28,588 nucleotides of DNA from a bacterium (Candidatus Gribaldobacteria) CG07_land_8_20_14_0_80_33_18. Lineage in GTDB: Bacteria > Patescibacteriota > Minisyncoccia > Minisyncoccales > CG1-02-41-26. A model generated the notes under the pieces. That model searched no databases and was not told the origin of the DNA. It was given only the letters and a program-made list of their open reading frames with translations. Location: positions 1-28,588 of the forward strand of contig PEWP01000013.1 of the NCBI GenBank assembly GCA_002779425.1, in the 5' to 3' direction. The position numbers and the translations under genes were made by a program. Position 1 is the stretch's first letter. Each line of letters opens with the position of its first letter. Positions 7,094-15,637 of this stretch are shown one piece after another.

Positions 7094-7996
7094 ATGGGGC
7101 TCATTCATTTTATTAAATATCGTAAAATTTTTTATTTAATCTCCGGAAGTTTAGTTGCTTTGAGTATCTTTATTATTGTAGTTTTTGGTTTGCGATTTGG
7201 AATTGAATTTACCGGTGGCACAATAATTAAGATTGAATATGAAAACACCAGGCCATCAGTTTTAGAAATAAAAGAAAAATTAAGAGAATTTCCGGGGATT
7301 ACAATTCAGGAAAAAGGGAATTTAGGAATAATTTTAGAAATGAAGGAAATTCCGCCAGAAACTCAATTTGAACTCATTAGGAAACTAAAAGAACTCGGAG
7401 AAATTAAAGAAGGTTCTTTAAGTGTTGAGACGATTGGACCGGTTATTGGCAAAGAAATGAGGCAAAAAACACTCATTGTTATTGTTTTATCTTTGTTCGC
7501 CGTATTAATTTATATTGCCATTGCTTTTTCTAAAGCTTCAAGACCGGTGAACTCTTTTATTTACGGAGTAATGGCTTTAATTGCTCTTTGCCATGATGTG
7601 ATTATTCCTTTAGGCGTTTTTTCAATTTTAGGTAAATACTTTGGAGTGGAGATTACTATCCCAATTATTACCGCTTTTTTATTTATTTTCGGTTATTCCA
7701 TTAATGATACAATCGTAATATTTGACAGGACTCGAGAAAATCTTTTAAAATTTTCAAAAGAGAATTTTGATGTTATTTTAGATAAAAGTCTTTCTCAGAC
7801 CTTAAGCCGTTCTTTAAGCATTTCTTTCACCACTCTCATTCCTCTTTTTGCTATATTTTTCTTTGGCGGAGAGACATTAAAATATTTTGTTTTGGCTTTA
7901 ATTTTAGGAATTAGTTTTGGCAGTTATTCTTCAATTTTTCTCGCTGCTCCCTTGGTTTATAGCTATTTTCTTTTCAGAGAGAAGAAAAAGGGTTGA
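7094..7996 (+). CDS. secF: Protein translocase subunit SecF
   Basis: GIEFTGGT, IGPVIGKEM, LCHDVII, GYSINDTIVIFDRTREN, QTLSRS and GSYSSIFLA. Confidence 0.96.
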   Translation: MGLIHFIKYRKIFYLISGSLVALSIFIIVVFGLRFGIEFTGGTIIKIEYENTRPSVLEIKEKLREFPGITIQEKGNLGIILEMKEIPPETQFELIRKLKELGEIKEGSLSVETIGPVIGKEMRQKTLIVIVLSLFAVLIYIAIAFSKASRPVNSFIYGVMALIALCHDVIIPLGVFSILGKYFGVEITIPIITAFLFIFGYSINDTIVIFDRTRENLLKFSKENFDVILDKSLSQTLSRSLSISFTTLIPLFAIFFFGGETLKYFVLALILGISFGSYSSIFLAAPLVYSYFLFREKKKG

Positions 7997-8021
7997 CATA
8001 AGAATAAAAATATAGTTAAAT
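7993..8021 (+). promoter_or_regulatory. Possible sigma70 promoter
   Basis: TTGACA 7993-7998 (overlaps the secF stop); TTAAAT lies 17 nt downstream, a weak -10 match. Confidence 0.4.
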
Positions 8022-8050
8022 AGATTAAGATAGAGAAATTATAGATTAAT

Positions 8051-9061
8051 ATGGAGAAATTCAATTATCAGAAAATTTGTCAGCAAATATTAAAACCATT
8101 AAATCCAGCCCAAAAAGAGGTGTTGGAGAGAAGATTTGGTTTAGTTTCGGCTGGAAGAGAAACCCTGGAATCAATTGGAAAAGATTTTGGCGTTACCAGA
8201 GAAAGAATTCGGCAGATTGAAAAAGAAGCTTTTTTAAAACTTCAAAGACAAAAAGAGGAAAGAATGGCAAAACTGGTTTTTTTCTCTTTTGAAACCTATT
8301 TTAGGAAAGCCGGGGGACTGAAGCGAGAAGATATTGCTTTATCTGATTTAGGCGGGAAAGATTTCCCAAATAATATTTCCTTTTTACTGACCTTTGGCGA
8401 CCCATTTTTTAAGTTTAAAGAAGCAGAAGAATATTACACTTTTTGGTCGGTTAACAAAGAGATCATCTCTAAAATTCCTTCATTATTAGAGCATCTGTAT
8501 CAACAGTTTAAAAAAATTGGTCATCCAATTTCTGAAGAAGAATTTGAAAAAGAACAAAAAATTGCTTCCCCTCAAATTATTCCCTCTCTGGTCGAAGTTT
8601 CAAAGAAAATAGAAATAGGACCCTCAGGAGTTTTGGGTTTAGTTAATTGGCCAGAAATTAAACCGAAGGGAGTAAAAGATAAGGCCTACTTAGTTTTAAA
8701 ACAAGAAGGAAAACCTTTGTATTTTAAAAAAATTAACGAGTCAATTAATTCAATGTTTTCTAATTTGAAACCGGTATTAACTCAGACGGTTCATAATGAG
8801 TTAATTCGAGATGAAAGATTTATTTTAGTTGGTCGAGGAATTTATGCTTTAAAAGAATGGGGATATGAACCGGGTGAGGTTAAAGACGTAATTATAAAAA
8901 TTTTAAAAGAGAGTAAAAATCCGCTTTCTAAAGAAGAAATTGTTAAAAGCGTTCTTGCCCAACGTTTGGTAAAAGAAAATACAATTTTACTTAATTTGAA
9001 TAATAAAGAATATTTTCTGAAGCTTCCTGACGGGAAATATATTTTTAAACAAAGCATATAA
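8051..9061 (+). CDS. Sigma-70 region 4 HTH protein with C-terminal winged-HTH-like domains
   Basis: EVLERRFGL...ETLESIGKDFGVTRERIRQIE is a region 4 HTH. No sigma region 2 motif is recognisable. C-terminal part includes VHNELIRDERFILVGRGIYAL. Confidence 0.75.
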   Translation: MEKFNYQKICQQILKPLNPAQKEVLERRFGLVSAGRETLESIGKDFGVTRERIRQIEKEAFLKLQRQKEERMAKLVFFSFETYFRKAGGLKREDIALSDLGGKDFPNNISFLLTFGDPFFKFKEAEEYYTFWSVNKEIISKIPSLLEHLYQQFKKIGHPISEEEFEKEQKIASPQIIPSLVEVSKKIEIGPSGVLGLVNWPEIKPKGVKDKAYLVLKQEGKPLYFKKINESINSMFSNLKPVLTQTVHNELIRDERFILVGRGIYALKEWGYEPGEVKDVIIKILKESKNPLSKEEIVKSVLAQRLVKENTILLNLNNKEYFLKLPDGKYIFKQSI

Positions 9062-9073
9062 CTTGAGCGCAAA

Positions 9074-9328
9074 ATGTTAATTTTTCAGTTTGGCTTAAAA
9101 ATTTTACTTTGGTTTACAATTATTTTTTGGGTAATCTTTTGCCCTTATTGTATTATTTGGACTGCACCCCATTTTTATTCGCCAAAAAATCCAAAAGCTG
9201 GTTTAATGATTTCTTTATTAGTGGCTTTTAAATTTTTTTTAATTGGTTTTTTTATTTTAGTTGCAATTTCTATTTTTCTTGCTTATCGCCAGGAGCTTTT
9301 TAGATTTATGTTTCCCGTTACTTCGTAA
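9074..9328 (+). CDS. Small hypothetical membrane protein
   Basis: 84 aa with two hydrophobic segments; co-oriented and fills the intergenic space. Confidence 0.6.
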   Translation: MLIFQFGLKILLWFTIIFWVIFCPYCIIWTAPHFYSPKNPKAGLMISLLVAFKFFLIGFFILVAISIFLAYRQELFRFMFPVTS

Positions 9329-9394
9329 AATCTGGTAAGATTTATAGCGAACGTAAGTGAGCGTTCAAATCTGGTAAGATTTATAGCGAAGCGT
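9328..9394. repeat. 39-nt-period tandem repeat element
   Basis: AAATCTGGTAAGATTTATAGCGAA at 9328 and 9367; each copy contains the AAATCT-GGTA-AGATTT hairpin. Confidence 0.85.
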
Positions 9395-9399
9395 TTATT

Positions 9400-10791
9400 A
9401 TGGATATTGTCCAGCTTGCCACAACATTAACTAACATATTGATAATAATCTGGCAGATTTTAAAAACCTGGTGGTGGTTTATTTTACCAGTAATTTTTTA
9501 TTTCCTTGCCCGTTATCTTTATGCTTATTGGGTGCGGTGGTTTTTTTGGTACCGGCAGTTTAAATGGGTTGTTCTTGAAATTAAAACGCCCAAAGAAATT
9601 TTAAAACCATTTAAAGCAATGGAAGATGTTTTTTCAGGTCTCTGGGGGATTATTGATGTTCCTAATTGGAGAGAAAGATGGTGTGAAGGCGAATTACCGA
9701 TAGGTGGAGGACTTTGGTTTTCTTTTGAAGTAGCCAGTTTTGGAGGGGACATTCATTTTTATCTGAGAGTGCCGGAAGGTGTTGACAATGTTGCTAAAAA
9801 TATCATTTATGCTCAATATCCAGAAGTTGAATTTAGTATAGTTAATGATTATACCAAAAATGTTCCTTCGAATATTCCTAATGAAAAATTTGATCTTTAT
9901 GGAGAAGATTTTACTTTTTTTAAAAAAAATGTTTATCCTCTCAAAACCTATCCGGAATTTTTTGAACCAATGGGAGAAAGAATTAGTAAAGAAGAAAAAA
10001 GAATAGACCCAATAAACGCTATTTTAGAGTCCTTGTCAAAACTTAATCCCGGGGAGCAAATTTGGATTCAAATTGTTGCTATTCCTATTACTAATGAACT
10101 TGTTCCTTGGATAGATGAAGGCAACAAAATTATTGAAAAAATAGCCAAAAGAACAAAACCAAAATCTAAACCGCTTATTGAAAGAGTGGCTAAAGGAATA
10201 GGGGATATTGCTGAAGAAATTGCTACGGGTGTAACAAAACCGGAGCGTTTAGAAGAAGTGAGAGAAAAAGCAATTTCACCAGCAGTTTCCGAAACCGGTG
10301 AGAGAGAAATGCTTATTACTCCCGGCGAAAGAAGAATTTTAACCGCCATCGAAAATAAAATATCAAAACCAGCCTATTTAACTTTTTTAAGGAGCCTTCA
10401 TATTTTTAAAACAGATGAACCCCATTTGCCAAAACATGACAAAATTCTCGATTCTTATCTTACTCATTTTGCTAGTGTTGACATGAATGCTTTACATCAC
10501 TTAGCGTCTACCCGAACGAGGATTCACTACTTTTTTAGGAAAAGCCGTAATTATGCCAGAGCCAGAAACAGTTTCAGGTATTATAAAGAAAGATTGCCTT
10601 ACTTTTGGCTTGCTTCAATGGAAGGGGAACCTCTTTGGAAATTAGGCCGGGGTAAAAAGAAAGCAACTGTTATTTTAAATACCGAAGAATTAGTTTCTAT
10701 TTTTCATTTTCCTTCTAAAATTGAACTTCCCACTGTTCCCCGGGTTGAAGCAAAAAAATCCGGGCCACCGCCCACTTTGCCTATTGAATAA
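9400..10791 (+). CDS. Hypothetical membrane-anchored protein, partner of the downstream ATPase
   Basis: N-terminal hydrophobic, Trp-rich segment; VLEIKTPKEILKP, WFSFEVASFGGDIHFY and LVSIFHFP; stop is 1 nt before the next ATG. Confidence 0.7.
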   Translation: MDIVQLATTLTNILIIIWQILKTWWWFILPVIFYFLARYLYAYWVRWFFWYRQFKWVVLEIKTPKEILKPFKAMEDVFSGLWGIIDVPNWRERWCEGELPIGGGLWFSFEVASFGGDIHFYLRVPEGVDNVAKNIIYAQYPEVEFSIVNDYTKNVPSNIPNEKFDLYGEDFTFFKKNVYPLKTYPEFFEPMGERISKEEKRIDPINAILESLSKLNPGEQIWIQIVAIPITNELVPWIDEGNKIIEKIAKRTKPKSKPLIERVAKGIGDIAEEIATGVTKPERLEEVREKAISPAVSETGEREMLITPGERRILTAIENKISKPAYLTFLRSLHIFKTDEPHLPKHDKILDSYLTHFASVDMNALHHLASTRTRIHYFFRKSRNYARARNSFRYYKERLPYFWLASMEGEPLWKLGRGKKKATVILNTEELVSIFHFPSKIELPTVPRVEAKKSGPPPTLPIE

Positions 10792-10792
10792 T

Positions 10793-12394
10793 ATGAAAAA
10801 AGAAGAGATAAATTTTTTCGGCCTAACAACTTTTCGTAATGAAAAGAAAAAATTTGGGATTAAACTTGACGATAGGCGTCGGCATTTTTATGCTGTGGGA
10901 AAAACCGGAATGGGAAAAACCGAACTTTTAAAAAATATGGCAATTCAGGATATAAGAAATGGTTGTGGAATTGGTTTTATTGATCCTCATGGCGAAGCAG
11001 CCGAAGACCTGCTTAATTTTATTCCCAAAGAGCGAATAGATGATGTCGTTTATTTTAATCCAGCTGATTTTGAATATCCGATTGCTTTTAATGTAATGGA
11101 AAAAGTTAGCGCTACCCATCGGCATTTAATAGCTTCTGGCCTGATGGGGGTTTTTAAAAAAATTTGGCCTGATGTTTGGTCTGCCCGGATGGAATATATT
11201 TTAAATAATTCTATTTTAGCTCTTCTTGAATATCCAGATTCTACTTTATTAGGGATAAATCGAATTTTAGCCGACCCTGATTATCGGAAAAAAGTTGTTG
11301 AAAATGTTACTGATCCGGTGATTAAAGCTTTTTGGACCCAGGAATTCGCCCGTTATACCGCTCGCTATGAAGTTGAAGCGACAGCTGCTATTCAGAATAA
11401 AATCGGCCAGTTTATTTCTGCTCCTTTAATTAGAAACAGTATTGGACAACTTCATTCTTTAATTAACATGAGAGAAGTGATGGATAAGGGAAAAATTTTA
11501 ATTGTTAATTTATCAAAAGGGAAAATCGGAGAAGATCCCTCGCGTCTTTTAGGAGGGTTATTGGTTACCAAATTACAATTGGCGGCAATGAGTCGGGTTG
11601 ATATGCCGGAGGAAAAAAGAAAAGATTTCTTTTTATATGTTGATGAATTTCAAAATTTCGCTACAGAGAGTTTTATTAATATTTTGTCTGAGGCAAGAAA
11701 ATATCGGCTTTGTTTAATTCTTTCCCATCAGTACATTACTCAAATGGAGGAGGAAGTTAGAGATGCGGTTTTTGGCAATATTGGCACTTTACTTTGTTTT
11801 CGGGTTGGAGCAGAAGACGCTGAATATTTAGAAAAAGAACTTACTCCCCAGCTGACTGCCGCTGATTTAGTTAATTTGGGAAAATTCAACATTTATTTAA
11901 AATTAATGATTGATGGAATCGCTGGCGATCCATTTTCTGCCGAAACCTTATTCCCCTTTGAAAGACCAAAAGAATCTTATAAAGAGGAAATAATAAAATT
12001 ATCGCGAGAGAAATATAGTGCTTCCAGAAAAATAGTAGAAGAAAAGATTGCTCAATGGACAGGAAATTATATTTTAAAAGAAGCTCCTCCTGCGCCGCCG
12101 GCTCTTTACGATGCCCAATGTAAAATCTGCGGCAAATGGATAAAAGTTCCTTTTAGACCAGACCTCAAAAGACCAATTTATTGCAAAACTTGTTTAAAAA
12201 AAGTTGAAGAAAAAAAGGAAAAAATTGTTGAAATTAAAACCATTTCTTTAAAAGAACTTTTACCTAAAGATGAGGAAAAAAACAAAAAACCAGTTTCTGA
12301 ACCTGAGTTAAAAAAAGTACTCAATGAGGCCTTAGAAGAAAAAGTAAAAAAAGGTATAATAAAACCAGGAGAGACAGTAAATTTTGACAAATGA
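10793..12394 (+). CDS. VirD4/TraD/HerA-like (DUF87-type) P-loop ATPase with C-terminal CxxC-x17-CxxC zinc ribbon
   Basis: DDRRRHFYAVGKTGMGKT (Walker A), IDPHGE, LYVDEFQNF (Walker B), LSEARKY and CKIC-17aa-CKTC. Start set at ATG 10793 (MKKEEINFFG). Confidence 0.85.
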   Translation: MKKEEINFFGLTTFRNEKKKFGIKLDDRRRHFYAVGKTGMGKTELLKNMAIQDIRNGCGIGFIDPHGEAAEDLLNFIPKERIDDVVYFNPADFEYPIAFNVMEKVSATHRHLIASGLMGVFKKIWPDVWSARMEYILNNSILALLEYPDSTLLGINRILADPDYRKKVVENVTDPVIKAFWTQEFARYTARYEVEATAAIQNKIGQFISAPLIRNSIGQLHSLINMREVMDKGKILIVNLSKGKIGEDPSRLLGGLLVTKLQLAAMSRVDMPEEKRKDFFLYVDEFQNFATESFINILSEARKYRLCLILSHQYITQMEEEVRDAVFGNIGTLLCFRVGAEDAEYLEKELTPQLTAADLVNLGKFNIYLKLMIDGIAGDPFSAETLFPFERPKESYKEEIIKLSREKYSASRKIVEEKIAQWTGNYILKEAPPAPPALYDAQCKICGKWIKVPFRPDLKRPIYCKTCLKKVEEKKEKIVEIKTISLKELLPKDEEKNKKPVSEPELKKVLNEALEEKVKKGIIKPGETVNFDK

Positions 12395-13566
12395 TTATGT
12401 TAAAAACACTTAAAGATTTTAATTTTTTCGATAAAAAAGTTTTAGTTAGAACAGATTTTAATGTGCCAATTGAAAATGGGAGAATTATTGATAGTTTTCG
12501 AATTGAGAGAACTCTTCCCACAATAAATTACCTTAGAGAAAAAGGTGCAAAAGTAATATTATTGTCTCATCAAGGCGATGGACTTTCCTTTCAACCAGTA
12601 GCCCTAAAATTAGAAGAACTATTAAAAAAACCGATAAAATTTTTAAATGACTGTTGCGGCAAAAAAGTAGAAAAAGAAATAAATAAAATGAAAAGTGGTC
12701 AGATAATTCTTTTAGAGAATTTAAGATTTTATCCCCAAGAAAAAGAAAATAATTTAGAATTTGCCAAAAATCTCGCAAAATTAGGCGATATTTATGTTTC
12801 TGAAGCATTTTCTGTTTCTCATCGTTCTCATGCTTCAATAGTTTCTTTACCGTTTCTTTTACAGGCAAAAGCTATCGGTTTTTTATTTGAAAAAGAAATG
12901 GAAACTTTATCTAAGGTATTAGGGCGCGCAGCGGCCAGGCCCGCCTGCGCAGGCAGGCCATTGGTTATTATTATTGGCGGGAAAAAGATTTCTTCCAAAC
13001 TTAAGGTAATCTCCAGTTTTATTGAAAAAGCTGACCATCTTCTTTTTGGAGGCGAATTGGCAAATGTAATTTTGAGAGTAAAAGGAATATGTGTGGGCAA
13101 GCCTTGGCCAGAAAAAGAAATGATTGAAGAAATTGGAAAAATAAATTTAACTGATACAAAAATTCATTTGCCGATGGATGTAATTGTTTCACCTGACGAG
13201 ACAGGAGAAATATATATTAAGGAAACCGGTCCGGGAAAGGTAAGAAAGGAGGAGGAAATTTTTGATATTGGTCCGGAAACAATTCAAACTTTTTCTTCTA
13301 TAATTAAAGAAGCAAAAACAATTATTTGGTCGGGCCCTTTAGGTTTAATTGAGAATAAACTATTTAAAAAAGGAACAGAAACAATTGCTCAAAGGATAGT
13401 TGCCAATACTTCGGCTTTTTCTATTGCTGGCGGGGGAGACACAATAAAGATTCTTCGCGAGCTTAATTTTATTGACAAATTTTCTTTTATCTCAACCGGA
13501 GGAAGCGCTATGCTTTCTTTTTTAGCTGAAGAAAAACTACCAGGAATTGAGGCGCTAAAAGTTTAG
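12391..13566 (+). CDS. pgk: Phosphoglycerate kinase (divergent)
   Basis: VRTDFNVP, LENLRF, SHRSHAS, IFDIGP, GGGDT, ISTGG and KLPGIEAL. Confidence 0.92.
   Translation: MIMLKTLKDFNFFDKKVLVRTDFNVPIENGRIIDSFRIERTLPTINYLREKGAKVILLSHQGDGLSFQPVALKLEELLKKPIKFLNDCCGKKVEKEINKMKSGQIILLENLRFYPQEKENNLEFAKNLAKLGDIYVSEAFSVSHRSHASIVSLPFLLQAKAIGFLFEKEMETLSKVLGRAAARPACAGRPLVIIIGGKKISSKLKVISSFIEKADHLLFGGELANVILRVKGICVGKPWPEKEMIEEIGKINLTDTKIHLPMDVIVSPDETGEIYIKETGPGKVRKEEEIFDIGPETIQTFSSIIKEAKTIIWSGPLGLIENKLFKKGTETIAQRIVANTSAFSIAGGGDTIKILRELNFIDKFSFISTGGSAMLSFLAEEKLPGIEALKV
12940..12957. repeat. 18-nt in-frame palindromic insertion in pgk
   Basis: CCCGCCTGCGCAGGCAGG contains the perfect palindrome GCCTGCGCAGGC and encodes PACAGR. 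Confidence 0.85.
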
Positions 13567-13569
13567 GAT

Positions 13570-14757
13570 ATGGTAGAAATCAAGAATCTAAAAAAAGCAG
13601 CTCAAAGAATTCTCTCAGCTATTAAAAAAAATGAGAGAATTATTTTATATGGCGATGCTGATTTGGATGGAACAACTTCAGTAATCATTTTAGAAGAAGC
13701 AATTAAAAACCTGAAAGGAGAAATAAGCGCCATTTATTTTCCAGACCGGGAAAAAGAAAATTATGGACTGACCGAAACTGGTTTAAATTTTCTTTCTCCA
13801 TTTGCCCCGGCTCTTCTCATTTGTCTTGATTTAGGCATAACCAATTTCAAAGAAGTGAAATTGGCGAGAGAAAAAGGATTTAAAGTGATAATCATTGACC
13901 ATCATGAAGCACTGAAAGAAATTCCGGAAGTATTAATTCTTGTTGACCCGAAACAAAAAACAGATAAATATCCTTTTAAACAATTAGCTGCTTGCGGGGT
14001 AGTTTATAAATTAGCTCAACTGATGTTTAAAAATAAAATTCCGTCGGCGCTGGAACAGAATTTTTTAGAATTAACCGCTTTAGGAACTTTAGCCGATATG
14101 ATGGCGGAAATAGATGATAATAAAATTTATATTGAAAAAGGGTTACCTTTGATTATTTCTTCTTTTCGGCCAGGATTGCGGGTCCTTTTAAAATTAGTAA
14201 GAAATAATTCTAATTCCGAAAGAGAGATGGTTTCAAGGATTATTTCTATTTTGAATATTTCAGAAATTAAAAACCATTTAACTGAAAGTTATTTAATTTT
14301 AAATTCTTCAACTGAAGCCGAAGTCCAAGAATTAACCCAAGAGATTTTTCAAAAATCTTTTGAGCGTTCGCTCAAAATTAAAGAAATAGTCGGAGAAGTT
14401 GAAACTTGCATTTCTCAAAACTCCGACCCAATTATTTTTGAAGGCGATGTTGATTGGACTTATCTTCTTTTAGGAGCAGTTGCTTCAAGAATTTGCAATA
14501 AACATAAAAAACCAACCTTTATTTTTAAAATTGGGGAAAAAGAAAGCAAAGGTTCGGTGAGAGCGCCCAAAGGAATAAATAGCGTCAAAATGATGGAAGA
14601 TTGTTCGCATCTTTTAAAAATGTTTGGCGGTCATGCCGCGGCTTCGGGTTTTACCCTCGCCAATGAAAATCTTGAAAAATTTAAGAATTGTTTATTATCA
14701 AACATTGAAAAATATGAGAAAAATAATGGGAAAAATAATGGGAAAAATAATTATTAA
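13570..14757 (+). CDS. DHH/DHHA1 phosphoesterase (RecJ-like)
   Basis: YGDADLDG, CLDLG, IIDHH, LVDPK, LAACGV, LGTLAD, KGSVR and FGGHAAASG. Confidence 0.88.
   Translation: MVEIKNLKKAAQRILSAIKKNERIILYGDADLDGTTSVIILEEAIKNLKGEISAIYFPDREKENYGLTETGLNFLSPFAPALLICLDLGITNFKEVKLAREKGFKVIIIDHHEALKEIPEVLILVDPKQKTDKYPFKQLAACGVVYKLAQLMFKNKIPSALEQNFLELTALGTLADMMAEIDDNKIYIEKGLPLIISSFRPGLRVLLKLVRNNSNSEREMVSRIISILNISEIKNHLTESYLILNSSTEAEVQELTQEIFQKSFERSLKIKEIVGEVETCISQNSDPIIFEGDVDWTYLLLGAVASRICNKHKKPTFIFKIGEKESKGSVRAPKGINSVKMMEDCSHLLKMFGGHAAASGFTLANENLEKFKNCLLSNIEKYEKNNGKNNGKNNY
14714..14749 (+). repeat. Three tandem 12-nt units at the DHH/RNase H junction
   Basis: ATGAGAAAAATA ATGGGAAAAATA ATGGGAAAAATA. Confidence 0.85.
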
Positions 14758-15178
14758 CATCGATGGTGGTTCGCGAGGTAATCCTGGTCCGGCGGCGCTC
14801 GGAGTTTTAATTTATGACCAAAAGAGAAATGTTTTTAAAAAATATTCTCAGTATTTAGGCGAAACGACTAATAACGAAGCTGAATACCAGGCATTGATAT
14901 TTGCGTTTAAAAAAATAAAAGCGCTTTTTGGCAAAGAAAAAATAAAAAGAATGGAAGTTGAAATAAAATCTGATTCAGAACTTTTAATAAAGCAAATGAG
15001 AGGGGAGTATAAAATTCTCGAACCAAAGATTCAGCAACTTTTTTTAAAGGCCTGGAATTTAAAAATTGATTTAGGCGAGATAAATTTTATTCTTATCCCT
15101 CGCGAAGAAAATAAAGAAGCCGACAAATTAGTAAATGAGATATTAGATTCTCAAGCAAAAAGTCAAAAGCTTTTTTAA
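14738..15178 (+). CDS. rnhA: Ribonuclease HI family protein
   Basis: INIDGGSRGNPGPAALG, TNNEAEYQAL, SDSELLIKQMRGEYK and PREENKEADKLVN. Start could be 14714, 14726 or 14738. Confidence 0.88.
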   Translation: MGKIIINIDGGSRGNPGPAALGVLIYDQKRNVFKKYSQYLGETTNNEAEYQALIFAFKKIKALFGKEKIKRMEVEIKSDSELLIKQMRGEYKILEPKIQQLFLKAWNLKIDLGEINFILIPREENKEADKLVNEILDSQAKSQKLF

Positions 15179-15197
15179 TAATTTATTATTATAGCAG

Positions 15198-15226
15198 TTG
15201 ACTCTTTTAAAGATTTTTACTATTAT
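15198..15226 (+). promoter_or_regulatory. Sigma70 promoter of rnpB
   Basis: TTGACT 15198-15203, 17-nt spacer, TATTAT 15221-15226 (TATAAT at 15224-15229), just before the RNA 5' end. Confidence 0.7.
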
Positions 15227-15230
15227 AATA

Positions 15231-15619
15231 GAGCTCAAGTAGACAAGGCAATCGCCCTGTTAGATAGAGCTTGTAAGCTCATCATTTAATGGGGAGGAAA
15301 GTCCGAACACCCTCCCGCATATATGCGGGATAAAAAAATAGCGGCTAACAGCCGTCCACCGTAAGGTGAGAGGTGCGAACAGAGACGCTCTAGAACCCGA
15401 AAGGGTTCGGGCCCCTATTCTGCCTTAGGGCAGACGGGTGATCTCCGAGTGAAAACTCGGAAGTGAAACGGCTAAATCCTTATTGGGTGCAAGAACAAAC
15501 TTTCGACAATCTCCGGATTTGTCGAAATGAAAAGTAGTTCGCTTGATCCCGTAAGTAATTATGGGACCAGATAAATGATTGTCTAAAACAGAATTCGGCT
15601 TATTGTCTGCTTGAGCTTT
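15231..15619 (+). ncRNA. rnpB: RNase P RNA
   Basis: P1 GAGCTCAAGTAGAC / GTCTGCTTGAGCTT; conserved GAGGAAAGTCC, AACAGAGAC, TGAAACGG, GGTGCAAG, AGATAAATGAT and AACAGAATTCGGCTTA. Confidence 0.95.
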
Positions 15620-15637
15620 TTTTATTAGAATGAATCT

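Noticed and set aside
9328-9394. Possible mini-CRISPR array
   Set aside because: Only two 24-nt repeats with a 15-nt spacer, no cas genes, and the unit matches the secD insert.
15231-15619. GC-rich hairpins inside rnpB as inserted repeats
   Set aside because: They fall in normally variable RNase P helices and lack the family termini.
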